Below are positions 17,868 to 26,617 of a DNA stretch of 44,825 nt, one piece after another. The notes under the pieces are model-generated. The model searched no databases. It saw only the letters and a program-made list of their open reading frames with translations, and was not told the origin of the DNA. The position numbers were made by a program, and so were the translations under genes. The stretch's first letter is position 1, and the number at the start of each line of letters is the position of its first letter. The stretch is from the IMG/VR virus record IMGVR_UViG_3300021066_000050, positions 1 to 44,825 of that record; one strand, 5' to 3'. The DNA is from a virus. Its lineage: Duplodnaviria > Caudoviricetes.

Positions 17868-17961
17868 GGCACATGCCAGAGAGATTGGCGGGTTCCGGGA
17901 GTGCTCGAACACCCCCGAAACCCCAGGAAAGACCACCTGCTCACGACAGGAGAACCCCTCC

Positions 17962-18366
17962 ATGCAGCACCCTACCGGCCCCTGGTCCATCGACCAGATG
18001 CGCGCCCACCTCAACCCCCCGGCCAGCCTCGCCGTCCTCGCCCAGACCGGCACCCCCCGCCAGATCCGGCCGACCATGGCCGGCGCCCACCTCGCCGACC
18101 TGCCCAACCCCCAGCACCGGGCCCTCGCCACCGCCGCAACCCTCGGCCGCGTCCAACGCGGCAAGGGCGGCGAACCCCTCCCGGTCCTGCGCGCCCTGGC
18201 CCGCAAGGGCCTGCTCACCCTCGTTCCCCCGCCCGGTCGCCGCTTCGACGTCGACCACGCGGTGATCACCCCGGCCGGGGTGCGGGAGCTGGCGCGCCTC
18301 GACCGGGAGGCCGCCGAGCGTGTCGAGCAGTCGGCCCGGGTCGCGAAGGCCCTCGCCTTCGCCTGA
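17962..18366 (+). CDS. hypothetical protein with winged-helix-like C-terminal half
   Basis: AGGAG SD; VLRALARKGLL..AVITPAGVRELAR; flanked by a promoter and a terminator-like hairpin. Confidence 0.7.
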   Translation: MQHPTGPWSIDQMRAHLNPPASLAVLAQTGTPRQIRPTMAGAHLADLPNPQHRALATAATLGRVQRGKGGEPLPVLRALARKGLLTLVPPPGRRFDVDHAVITPAGVRELARLDREAAERVEQSARVAKALAFA

Positions 18367-18373
18367 CGGACGA

Positions 18374-18412
18374 CGAAGGGGCCGGGACGCACATCGCGTT
18401 CCGGCCCCTTCG
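18374..18412. terminator. hairpin terminator between convergent units
   Basis: CGAAGGGGCCGGGACGC-loop-GCGTTCCGGCCCCTTCG. Confidence 0.75.
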
Positions 18413-18478
18413 CCATGGCCAGACGTTGCTGTGGGGTGGCGGCCGTGGCGTGGAGGTGGTGCGGGGTCACGGTGCTCC

Positions 18479-18562
18479 TCAGGCGGCGAGGCGGGCGAGC
18501 GGGGCGGCCACCCCCGCCACCAGTGCGGCGGCGAGGATGGCCAGCAGGCGGCGGACGCTCAC
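18479..18562 (-). CDS. 27-aa hydrophobic peptide
   Basis: VSVRRLLAILAAALVAGVAAPLARLAA, GTGA overlap with the upstream gene. Confidence 0.4.
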   Translation of the reverse strand: MSVRRLLAILAAALVAGVAAPLARLAA

Positions 18563-20256
18563 GGGTCGACCCGGTCGGGGTTGGCCGGGCAGGTGGTGGT
18601 GCACGTGCGCGGCGGGCAGGCGACGAGCCGCTCCGGCACGCTGCGGCCACCCTTGGCGGCGGCGGCGACGTGCTCGTTCCACTCGGCGCCGGTCCACGGC
18701 TCGGGGCCGGCAGCGTTGCGGACTACCAGCTCGGCGTCGGGCGCGAAGAGCGGGTAGCCGGTGCTGTGGTCGTGCGCGAGAGTGGCCGGGCGGCCGGCGC
18801 GGATGCCGTCGGGCAGCTCGGTCGCCGCGCCGCTGTACTCGGGGAGGCCGGTCTGCTCCCCGCTGTCGCAGGTCCAGCAGAGCGGGTCCTGGCCGGGGGG
18901 CAGGGTGCGCGGGTAGGTGGCCCCGCACGTGCGGCAGCGTCCGCCGGGGCCGGCGAGGCCGGCGTCGATGATGGCACCGACGGCCATCTCGGCGAGGCGT
19001 TGGGCGGTGACGGCGGCGTCGTCCTCGACGTGGGTCCAGGCGTCGGTGACGGCGTTGATCGCCTTCTGCTCCCAGTCGGCGGGGCGGCTAGGGCCCTGCG
19101 CGCGGTCCGGGCCGGAACCGGGGGACGGCGCGTCCTGCTCGTCGATGTCGATCAGTAGCGCGAGGCGGGTCTGCCCGAAGATTTCGTCGAGCCGGGCGAG
19201 GGTGCGTGTGCCGTAGATGCGGTGGTGCCAGTGGCCGTCGGGTGCGGTGTGCCAGACGGTGCCGTGGGCGTCGATGCGGATGGTCTGGGCCCGCTCCAGG
19301 GCGTCGGCGAGGGCTTCGCAGCGGTCCCGCTCGGCCTCAGCGTCGTCGTCGCCCTCAGCGTCCCCGTGCGCCTCCGTCGCCCCGTCGCCCTGCCCCGGCT
19401 GTCCGTCGCCACCGTCCCGGCGCTCAGCGGCCGTCTGGGCGGGCTGGGCGTCCACGGACGAGAGCGCCCGGTCGATCAGCTCCACGCCGTCGCGGGTGAT
19501 GTCGAGGGCGTGGCGGAGGCGCTCGCTGTTGGCGCGGGCGCGTCGCAGGCTGGTCCGGAGCTGGTCGGCGATCTGGCGGGCTGCATCCCGCTCGGCGGTG
19601 ACGCGCTCCCACGCCTCGTCGTCGAGCCGGTCGAGGGCCTGGTCGCGCTGGGCGACGAGCTGCCGGATGTGGTCGGCGAGGCTGCCGGGTCCCCGGGTGC
19701 CGGCGGCGTTGAGGGCGGCCCACGCGGCGGTGATGACGGCGAGGGCCTCGCCGTGCTTGCGCTCGGCGGCGGTGGTGGCGGCGCGGGCCTGGTCGCGCTC
19801 GGCGATCACCTCGTCGCGGTCGCGGACCATGTTGCGGGTTTCGGCTTCGGCGCGGCCGAGCTGGATGCGGAGGTTGTCGCGCTCGGCCTCGATGGCTTGG
19901 CAGCCGGCGTGCGGGTCGGTCGTCTCGGCGGTGGCGGCGGTGCGGTGTTTGATCTCGCAGACGGCGCAGCGGACGGTGGCCTCGCCGTTGTCGTAGATGT
20001 GTTCGCCGGGCCAGATGTTGTCGCCGCAGGGGGTGCAGAGGTGGTAGCCCTGGACTTGGGTGCCGCCGGTGGGCCAGCCGCCGGGGGGCGGGCTGGCCTT
20101 GGTGCGGTGCTTGAGCGGGATCCGGTCGGTGGCGGCGATGTCGCGCCAGTGCGGTTCGGGCCGGTTGGGGTCGCGGGGCTGGATGGCGTCGGGGTGCTTG
20201 GCGAGGACCGCGTTGATGGCGGCTTGGGCGTCGGGGCTGGCGTGGTCAGCGGGCAC
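18559..20256 (-). CDS. large coiled-coil protein with two CxxC..CxxC regions
   Basis: GAGGAG SD before GTG 20256; repeated AERD heptads; CTPC..CAVC and CRTC..CWTC. Confidence 0.75.
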   Translation of the reverse strand: MPADHASPDAQAAINAVLAKHPDAIQPRDPNRPEPHWRDIAATDRIPLKHRTKASPPPGGWPTGGTQVQGYHLCTPCGDNIWPGEHIYDNGEATVRCAVCEIKHRTAATAETTDPHAGCQAIEAERDNLRIQLGRAEAETRNMVRDRDEVIAERDQARAATTAAERKHGEALAVITAAWAALNAAGTRGPGSLADHIRQLVAQRDQALDRLDDEAWERVTAERDAARQIADQLRTSLRRARANSERLRHALDITRDGVELIDRALSSVDAQPAQTAAERRDGGDGQPGQGDGATEAHGDAEGDDDAEAERDRCEALADALERAQTIRIDAHGTVWHTAPDGHWHHRIYGTRTLARLDEIFGQTRLALLIDIDEQDAPSPGSGPDRAQGPSRPADWEQKAINAVTDAWTHVEDDAAVTAQRLAEMAVGAIIDAGLAGPGGRCRTCGATYPRTLPPGQDPLCWTCDSGEQTGLPEYSGAATELPDGIRAGRPATLAHDHSTGYPLFAPDAELVVRNAAGPEPWTGAEWNEHVAAAAKGGRSVPERLVACPPRTCTTTCPANPDRVDP

Positions 20257-20267
20257 GGCGGGTCTCC

Positions 20268-20591
20268 TCAGGCGGCGGTGGGGTAGGTGGCGACGTAGCG
20301 GGGGTCGTCGTCGACGTCGGGCGGCCATGCGCTGGAGTCGGCGAGGCGGTCGACGTCGGGGCCGGTGATGGTGCCGCCGCCGATGTCGGCGCCGTCGTAG
20401 AGGGCGTCGCCGACGAATCGGATGATCACGCGGGCTTCGGCGTAGTCCACCTCCACCTCGATGTCGTGGTAGCCGGCGTCGGTGAGGGCGCTGTGGATGT
20501 GCTGGGCGGTCTGGGCGGCGGGGGCGGGGGCGGGGATGGTGTGGGTGCCGCCGATGTCGGTGGTGACGTGGTAGGCGGGCGTCTCGGGCAT
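20268..20591 (-). CDS. hypothetical protein
   Basis: 107 aa, GAGGAG SD. Confidence 0.75.
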   Translation of the reverse strand: MPETPAYHVTTDIGGTHTIPAPAPAAQTAQHIHSALTDAGYHDIEVEVDYAEARVIIRFVGDALYDGADIGGGTITGPDVDRLADSSAWPPDVDDDPRYVATYPTAA

Positions 20592-20601
20592 CGGGGGCTC
20601 C

Positions 20602-21024
20602 TCAGGCGATGTCGGCGGCGGGCAGGTGGACGGTCTCGACGTCCCGGGTCAGGGGCGGCTCGTCGCGGTGCGGGCGTCCCGGGGTGGTGTCGGGGCGAAG
20701 CTTGGTGAGGGCGGCGCGCAGGGTCGGTTCGTCGCCGAGGTCGAGCCACGCGCGGGCGGAGTCGGCGAGGGCCTGGATCTCGGCGTCGGTGAGGGTGAGC
20801 AGCGGCAGCCGGGCGGCGGTTTCCCCGGCGGGGGTGAGGGACACGTCGAAGCCGATCGCGGCGGCGTAGGGCACGAACTTCTCCAGCCGGGGCACGTATC
20901 GGCCGCACTCCCAGTAGGAGATGGAGGTCAGGCTGATGCCGGTGGCGGCGGCGATGTCGGTGGCGCGGACGCCGAGCATGTGGCGCAGGGTGCGCAGTTC
21001 GGCGACCAGCGGGTGGGTGGTCAT
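20602..21024 (-). CDS. XRE-family HTH protein
   Basis: LRTLRHMLGVRATDIAAATGISLTSISYWECG. Confidence 0.85.
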   Translation of the reverse strand: MTTHPLVAELRTLRHMLGVRATDIAAATGISLTSISYWECGRYVPRLEKFVPYAAAIGFDVSLTPAGETAARLPLLTLTDAEIQALADSARAWLDLGDEPTLRAALTKLRPDTTPGRPHRDEPPLTRDVETVHLPAADIA

Positions 21025-21227
21025 GGCTGGCGGGTCTCCTGGATCTCGTGGCGGATCTCTCGGGCTCGGGCGGGGGTGACGTAGGGGTACTGCCGGCCGA
21101 GCAGCTCGTCGGGGTCCTCGGCGGTCGGTAGGGGCGCGGGTGGGACGTGGGCGAGTGCGCGGGCGATGGCGGCCTGTGCGGAGGCGCGGGCGCGCTTCAT
21201 GCCGGGGATCAGGTGCCGGGCGGTCAT
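21021..21227 (-). CDS. hypothetical protein
   Basis: MTARHLIPGMK..., ATGA overlaps on both sides. Confidence 0.55.
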   Translation of the reverse strand: MTARHLIPGMKRARASAQAAIARALAHVPPAPLPTAEDPDELLGRQYPYVTPARAREIRHEIQETRQP

Positions 21228-21811
21228 CGGGTGTCCCGGCCTCGGAGCCGACCGGCCTCGGCGAGCAGGGTCTTGGCGTGGCGCTCCCGGGCGGCGTCGT
21301 CCTCCCACCACGCTGCGGTCGAGCCGCGCGGGCTGGCGTTCCACTCCGGCACCGGGCGCATCGACGGGTCGTACGCGGGGTTCGGGACGGCTTCGGCCTG
21401 GCGCTGGGCGTGGCGGTGCTCGCGCTCCCAGGCGACGCGGCGAGGCATGAGGGCCTCGCGGCTGCCCTCAGGGGTGACCGAGCGCATCTGGCCGACGAAC
21501 GCCTGGATCTCGGCGGACCGGTCGGTGAGGGGGCCGGCCTGCGCGGCGTACGCCTCGATGGCGCGCTGCCGCTCCTGCTCGGCCTCCAGCTCGCGACGCT
21601 GCCGGCGCAGCTCGGTGGCGATCCGGCGGACGTGCACGGGCATGATCCGTTGCTCGCTGCCGGCGTAGTGCCGGGTGACGGCGGCGAGGGCGTCGGCGGG
21701 GTCGAGGTCCTGGAGGGCCTCGTGCCAGGCGAGGATGTCGGCCTGGCCCACGGTGCGCTGGTCGAACGCGGCGGCCTTGGCGAGCACGTTCGCGATGTCG
21801 ATGGGGGTCAT
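21224..21811 (-). CDS. putative helicase loader/inhibitor-type replication protein
   Basis: LAKAAAFDQRTVGQADILAW..AVTRHY..IMPVHV; directly after the initiator. Confidence 0.6.
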   Translation of the reverse strand: MTPIDIANVLAKAAAFDQRTVGQADILAWHEALQDLDPADALAAVTRHYAGSEQRIMPVHVRRIATELRRQRRELEAEQERQRAIEAYAAQAGPLTDRSAEIQAFVGQMRSVTPEGSREALMPRRVAWEREHRHAQRQAEAVPNPAYDPSMRPVPEWNASPRGSTAAWWEDDAARERHAKTLLAEAGRLRGRDTR

Positions 21812-22824
21812 GATCCGAGTGCCTTCCGGTCGAGTTCGGCTTGCAGGGCGGCGCCTGCGGCGAGGGCGGCGGCTACGCGCTGGTCCGTGGTGGAGGGCCG
21901 GCTAGCGGCGTGGTTGGCACGCATGGGGGTGCCGACGCCGGGGCCGGGCAGGTTGACCACGTTGGCGGGCAGCCGGTTGGCGATCTCGTCCACGAGGGAC
22001 GGCAGGGCTCCGGGGCCGAGCTTGCGGGGGCGGAGCTGGCCGAGCCCTTCGCGAATGTGGTCGGGGTGGAAGTCGTCGGCCAGGAGCTCGTAGACGTGCT
22101 GGGCGAGCTTGGCGGCGAGGGACCGGGAGACGCCGCGCGGGGAGTTCTCCCGGTACTCGGTCATGATCTGCTCGACCATCGATGGCTGTCCATCGGAGTC
22201 CGGCGGTTCGGCGTCGCGCGCGGTACGGCCTAGAGATGCGTACGGACCGTCAGTGGGGGTCTTGTTCTTACCTCTAACTCTCTCTTCGCGATCGCGCGCG
22301 GGAGAGTCGCTCGGACAGTCACGTGACACAAAATCTCTTTGCGCAGGTGAAGGCGCATCCGGTGTCCGACTTGCCGGACTAAACGTTGAGTAAGTTGTGT
22401 TTGTTAACTGTTCGCGTTGAGACCTTTCCGTTACCGAATCCGTCACGTGATCCGTCACGTGACGGTCACGTGACATCCGGGCCTCTTCCGCCCTGCGCTC
22501 CCGTTCGCGCCGCTTCCGCTCACGGTCGGCCCGGCGGCGCTCCGCCAATGCGTCCAGTTCGGACTGCCACGACTCCCACGACCGGATCTGCCAACCCCGG
22601 CGGGCGTCATCGCGCGACCACAGCCGCTCCCGCACCAGCGCGGCCACCCGGCCCTTGGTGGACTTGGGCGCAAGGCGCTCGGGGATGCCGTCGGGGATGA
22701 ATCCGCCGGTTTCCTCGCGCCCGCAGTAGGCGAGCGAGCGAGTGAAGAGGACCTCGGCGGCCTCGCCCGCGCGCATGATCGCGGCGTCGGTGTCGTACGA
22801 GGTGGAGAGCTTGACCCAGTCCAT
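21808..22824 (-). CDS. replication initiator protein
   Basis: MDWVKLS..GGFIP..GWQIRSWESWQ N-terminus, charged linker, internal iterons. Confidence 0.75.
   Translation of the reverse strand: MDWVKLSTSYDTDAAIMRAGEAAEVLFTRSLAYCGREETGGFIPDGIPERLAPKSTKGRVAALVRERLWSRDDARRGWQIRSWESWQSELDALAERRRADRERKRRERERRAEEARMSRDRHVTDHVTDSVTERSQREQLTNTTYSTFSPASRTPDAPSPAQRDFVSRDCPSDSPARDREERVRGKNKTPTDGPYASLGRTARDAEPPDSDGQPSMVEQIMTEYRENSPRGVSRSLAAKLAQHVYELLADDFHPDHIREGLGQLRPRKLGPGALPSLVDEIANRLPANVVNLPGPGVGTPMRANHAASRPSTTDQRVAAALAAGAALQAELDRKALGS
22318..22474. repeat. putative replication origin: palindromic iterons flanking an AT-rich tract
   Basis: GTCACGTGA(C) at 22318, 22442, 22454 and 22465; AT-rich 22380-22440. 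Confidence 0.7.
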
Positions 22825-23033
22825 CAGCGGCCTCTTCTTGATCTCGTGTTGCCGGTGCTTCTGCTGCTCGCGGGCGGCCCGCCCGGCCCCGGGGAAGTGG
22901 AGCCGGGCGGCCGGTCAGCGGTGGTGGCGCGCAATCCGTTCGTCCTCAGGTTTTCGCTGGTCGCACAGCCAGTACGTCGGCCGCACTGGGGGCTTCGTGC
23001 AAGTTGCATGCGGTGGTGCGGTCGGTCGCCCGT

Positions 23034-23390
23034 TCATGCGGCGGCGGGCTGGCGGTAGCGGGTGAGGATCGACTGCACGGTCGAGTGCGGAACCCCCGTC
23101 GTCGCCGCGATCTGCCGCGCCGACCAGCGCAGCCCCGCCAGCCGCAGCACGTCGCCCTCCAGGCGGGCCCGGCGGGCGTGCTCCGACTCCTCCAGCGCGG
23201 CCACCGGCACGGCGGGCACCCGGCAGATCAGCCGGTCACCGGCGACCGCCCACTCGGGGGTGCCGACGATGCGGGCCCCGTCGGTGGCGGCCATGACGTC
23301 CAGGGCGGCGCTGGCCTCGGCGATGAGCGCGGCGCGGGGCCGGCTCGGGTCGGTGATGGGCCACAAGGCCAGGTAGGCGTGGGTGGTCAT
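23034..23390 (-). CDS. hypothetical protein with C-terminal HTH
   Basis: WSARQIAATTGVPHSTVQSIL. Confidence 0.7.
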   Translation of the reverse strand: MTTHAYLALWPITDPSRPRAALIAEASAALDVMAATDGARIVGTPEWAVAGDRLICRVPAVPVAALEESEHARRARLEGDVLRLAGLRWSARQIAATTGVPHSTVQSILTRYRQPAAA

Positions 23391-23572
23391 CAGTCCTGGT
23401 CCTCTCCGATGCGGCGCAGGTGCTCGGCCTGCGCGGCGTCGATCTGGGCGACGGCTGTCTCGTCGTGGACCCGGTTGCCGGCCGGGAGAGGGCAGCGGCG
23501 GCACGGCAGGCGGTCCCGGTGGTCCGGCGGGGCGTCCCGGTCCGGCTCGTACAGGTGCGGGGCGAGGGCCAT
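23390..23572 (-). CDS. small hypothetical protein (CxxC..H)
   Basis: MALAPHLYEPD..CRRCPLPAGNRVH, coupled start/stop. Confidence 0.6.
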   Translation of the reverse strand: MALAPHLYEPDRDAPPDHRDRLPCRRCPLPAGNRVHDETAVAQIDAAQAEHLRRIGEDQD

Positions 23573-23802
23573 CAGTGGCCACCCCCGTACACCTCGGCGG
23601 CCGTCAAGCGCCCATGCCGCACGGCCGGCGGCAGGTGCCCGATGTGCCAGTGCCCGGCGATCAGGTCGCAGCGGTACTCGCGCATCCCGCCGCCACCGCT
23701 GTGCCGGCGGATCGCCATGCGGGCCTGCTGCCGGCTGGAGTACAGCCGCTTGTCGTGGGTGTCGCATTGGCCGACGTGGCCGATGTAGCGGGGTTCAGGC
23801 AT
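23572..23802 (-). CDS. small Zn-binding hypothetical protein
   Basis: KRLYSSRQQAR..MREYRC..GHWHIGH; GGAGG SD. Confidence 0.7.
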   Translation of the reverse strand: MPEPRYIGHVGQCDTHDKRLYSSRQQARMAIRRHSGGGGMREYRCDLIAGHWHIGHLPPAVRHGRLTAAEVYGGGH

Positions 23803-23808
23803 TGGTGG

Positions 23809-24000
23809 TCACCTCCGGCCGGCCGGGGCCGGCGTGGTGCCGGCCCCGGGGGTGTAGCGGCGGCAGGAGCACGTGGAGGCGGAGCAGGTGCCGCGACCGC
23901 GGGCGCCCGGGGCGTGCAGCGCCACCAGGTGGCCGCAGTTGCACCGGCCGGGTTCGGTGGCCGCGGCCCCGCCGGCGGCACCCGGGTCGCGGCGGGTCAC
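23809..24000 (-). CDS. small Cys-rich protein
   Basis: CNCGH..H..C...CSCRRY; GTGA overlap with recT. Confidence 0.55.
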   Translation of the reverse strand: MTRRDPGAAGGAAATEPGRCNCGHLVALHAPGARGRGTCSASTCSCRRYTPGAGTTPAPAGRR

Positions 24001-24887
24001 CGCTCGCCGCCGGGCTGCGTCGTCTCCGGCCAGTCCTGCTCGTCGAATCCGCCGGCCGTGTCCGGCTCAACGGGGGCCTCGTCGAGGACCACGCCCTCCA
24101 GGACGTCGCCCTGCGGGGTGGCCGCGCCGGCCGGGGCATTGGGGGCGGTGGCGACCCGCTGGGCCTCGGCCGCCGCGCGGAGCTGCTCCCGGCGGAACTC
24201 CGCGCTCGTTGGCACCCACTTCTGGAGCTGCCGCACCGCGCTCTTGAGCCACATGGCGGCCTCGTGGTTGACCCACGGGCTGTACTTCGAGTCGGAGCCC
24301 TGCGACGACCGCTTGATCCGCTCGATGTCGTCGCGGTTCAGCTCGACCACCCTGCTGACCGCGCCGTCCTTCATCCGGGCGTATGCGTAGACGCCGATCA
24401 GCTCACCGCGGATGGCTTCGCGGGCGAACGGGGCGTACCGGTGCACGGGCACCTCGTCGATGCCCCGCTGGTAGCGGTACTCGTCGTTGGCCCGCACTAC
24501 CTCGGCCACGACGGAGGCGACCGCGCCGGCCCGGTACATCAGCTCGATGTGCCCCTGGTAGCCGGTGATCCCGAGGATCTCCAGCCGGCCGCCGACCTTG
24601 CGGGGGGTCAGGTAGTACTGCTCGGTGCCGGGCTCCAGGCCCTGCCGGGCGGCGTCGAGCAGCGCGGCGAGGAACACGCCTGGGTTGTTCGCGGCGGCGG
24701 CCTCCAGCTCGAAGCGGCCGTCGTCGGCCCGCCGGCCCTTCTTCAGCGCGCCCTGGGCGAGGCGGACCCAGGTGGCCGGCTTGACGTGCGACGGGAGGAC
24801 GGAGGCGAAGTCGCCGCTGTACTGCTTGATCAGGCCGGAGGGGCTGTTGTCGCGGGTGGCGACGGCCTGGCTGATGGTCTGCGTCAT
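23997..24887 (-). CDS. recT: RecT-family ssDNA annealing protein
   Basis: AARQGLEPG..YYLTP..GYQGHIEL..IGVYAYA..SPW....AMWLKSAVR. Confidence 0.92.
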   Translation of the reverse strand: MTQTISQAVATRDNSPSGLIKQYSGDFASVLPSHVKPATWVRLAQGALKKGRRADDGRFELEAAAANNPGVFLAALLDAARQGLEPGTEQYYLTPRKVGGRLEILGITGYQGHIELMYRAGAVASVVAEVVRANDEYRYQRGIDEVPVHRYAPFAREAIRGELIGVYAYARMKDGAVSRVVELNRDDIERIKRSSQGSDSKYSPWVNHEAAMWLKSAVRQLQKWVPTSAEFRREQLRAAAEAQRVATAPNAPAGAATPQGDVLEGVVLDEAPVEPDTAGGFDEQDWPETTQPGGER

Positions 24888-25069
24888 GAGGTGCTGTCCT
24901 CCGTGGGGCGGTAGACGGTGACGTGCTCGATGGAGATCCGGACGGTGTGACCGGACTGCTGGACGTGGAGACGGGCGCGCTCGCGGGTGGCGTCGGCGGC
25001 GAGGACGTCGCAGTCCTCGCACTCGGCGGACGGCGGCAACGTGAGGCGCGTGATCTTGATCCGGCTCAC
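24884..25069 (-). CDS. small CxxC..H...H protein
   Basis: AECEDC..ARLHVQQSGHTV; coupled on both sides. Confidence 0.65.
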   Translation of the reverse strand: MSRIKITRLTLPPSAECEDCDVLAADATRERARLHVQQSGHTVRISIEHVTVYRPTEDSTS

Positions 25070-26097
25070 CGCTTGCCCCTCGCCGGGGTTAGCCGGTCGG
25101 TGGTGGACGTGGTCGCGTAGTCGGCGGCCAAGCCGGGGTGGTCGGCCCGCAGGCGCTTGGTGTCGACGCGGGCGGTGTCGTAGATGGAGCGGGTCGCGAG
25201 TTTCTGGCCGTCGTGGACGGCGACCCGGGCGGCGCCCATCTCCGAGCGGAGGCGGGCCTCGAACCGGTCGCACAGCCGCTGCGCGGCGGCCTTGAGGGCG
25301 CGGGCCCGCCGGTAGCCGGCGGCGGTGGCCGGGCTGATCTCGACCTGCTCGTCGACCAGGTCGGGGTGGAGGCGCTTGACGGTGGCGAGGGTGGCCGAGT
25401 GGTCGTCGACGTCCGGCGGGTCACCGGCGGCGAGCCGGGCCACGAACTGCTCGCCGGCGTGCCGCATGATGTCCAGGTCGCGCTCGTCGCGGCGACCGGC
25501 GTACGCCCGGAACCCGCCCGGGCCCAGGACGGCCAGGTGCCACTCGTCGACGCCGAGGACATCGCACTGCCACAGGACCTGGGCGCGGTAGTAGACGGGG
25601 ATGTCGTCGGTGCCCTCGTCGCCCCACCCGTCCCACGACCCGGTCCACTTGCACTCCAGGACGGACAGGGGCGATCCGGTGTGGCCGACGCTGCCGCAGT
25701 CCTCACAGCGGGTGTCGGGCCGCTGCTCGTAGTCCCACACCGTGCAGCCGGCGCAGCCCATGTAGATCAGCCGGTCGGGGGTGGCGAGCTGCCACGGCCG
25801 GTCCGGGTGGGCGTACAGGCCGGCCCGGACCACGGCGAGGTTGGCGTGCGGGTCGTGGGCGTCGGTCCACCAGTCGGCAACGACGGGCTCGACGCGCCGG
25901 CCGGTGGCCATCGCCTCGTTGTCGTCGGTGACCCAGCCGTTGACCTTCTGCCAGTAGAGAGAGAACGGCGAGTCCCATGGGCTGATGCCGAGGACGGCGG
26001 CGATCTCGGAGGCCGTGACGCCGTCGCGGCGCAACTTGTGCCAGTCCGGGTTAGCCGGGTTGGCCAGCTCGGCGGGCAGCAGCTCCACGGCCGTCAC
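25066..26097 (-). CDS. YqaJ-like (lambda-exonuclease family) recombination exonuclease
   Basis: WHKLRRDGVTASE, ATPDRL, LECK, YYRAQVLWQ; adjacent to recT. Confidence 0.9.
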   Translation of the reverse strand: MTAVELLPAELANPANPDWHKLRRDGVTASEIAAVLGISPWDSPFSLYWQKVNGWVTDDNEAMATGRRVEPVVADWWTDAHDPHANLAVVRAGLYAHPDRPWQLATPDRLIYMGCAGCTVWDYEQRPDTRCEDCGSVGHTGSPLSVLECKWTGSWDGWGDEGTDDIPVYYRAQVLWQCDVLGVDEWHLAVLGPGGFRAYAGRRDERDLDIMRHAGEQFVARLAAGDPPDVDDHSATLATVKRLHPDLVDEQVEISPATAAGYRRARALKAAAQRLCDRFEARLRSEMGAARVAVHDGQKLATRSIYDTARVDTKRLRADHPGLAADYATTSTTDRLTPARGKR

Positions 26098-26372
26098 GCC
26101 GCCACCTGCCCGGCCCCGCGCCGCTCGGCGTTGCGCTTGCGGATCTCCTTGGCTCGGTCCTGCTCGGCGACGCCTCCCCATACCCCGTAGGGCTCGCTGG
26201 TGGCGATGGCCCACTCCAGGCACTCGGTCTGGATGTCGCAGCGGGCGCAGATCCGCTTCGCCTTGCGGGGGTTTTGGCCGGTGAGGGGGTAGAACGCGTC
26301 GGGGTCGGTGCCCTGGCAGTTCGCGCGGGCCCAGTCGGGCTGCTCGACGTCGGCGATGAGTCGGAGGCTCAC
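26094..26372 (-). CDS. whiB: WhiB-family transcription factor
   Basis: W..ANC..DPDAFYP..ICARCDIQTECL..YGVWGG. Confidence 0.92.
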   Translation of the reverse strand: MSLRLIADVEQPDWARANCQGTDPDAFYPLTGQNPRKAKRICARCDIQTECLEWAIATSEPYGVWGGVAEQDRAKEIRKRNAERRGAGQVAA

Positions 26373-26617
26373 GACGGCTCCTCTCCGGTGCTGGTGTGGT
26401 CCGGCGGCGGGGTGGTCCATGCGCCGGTCGTGGCGACGGGGAGCACCGTGATGAGGCCGGTGGCGTCGTCGGGGCCGGCGTGGACGGGCTCGGGGGTGCG
26501 GGTGACGAGCTGCACGGCGGCCGGGGAGAGCAGGTAGTCGACGCCGACGGGGTTGGGGATCTGGAAGCGGCCGGAGGGGCCGCGCTCGGCGTGACGCTCG
26601 GCGTGGTGCCGACTCAC
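26369..26617 (-). CDS. hypothetical protein
   Basis: GTGA overlaps on both sides; 82 aa. Confidence 0.5.
   Translation of the reverse strand: MSRHHAERHAERGPSGRFQIPNPVGVDYLLSPAAVQLVTRTPEPVHAGPDDATGLITVLPVATTGAWTTPPPDHTSTGEEPS

Noticed and set aside
17529-18650. 373-aa minus-strand ORF as one gene
   Set aside because: It crosses a terminator-like hairpin, a plus-strand gene and a promoter region. Only 17529..17816 looks protein-like.
22824-23037. Small ORFs upstream of the initiator (22915..23037 and 22824..23009)
   Set aside because: They are short, have weak coding signal and overlap a GC hairpin, so neither can be supported over the other.
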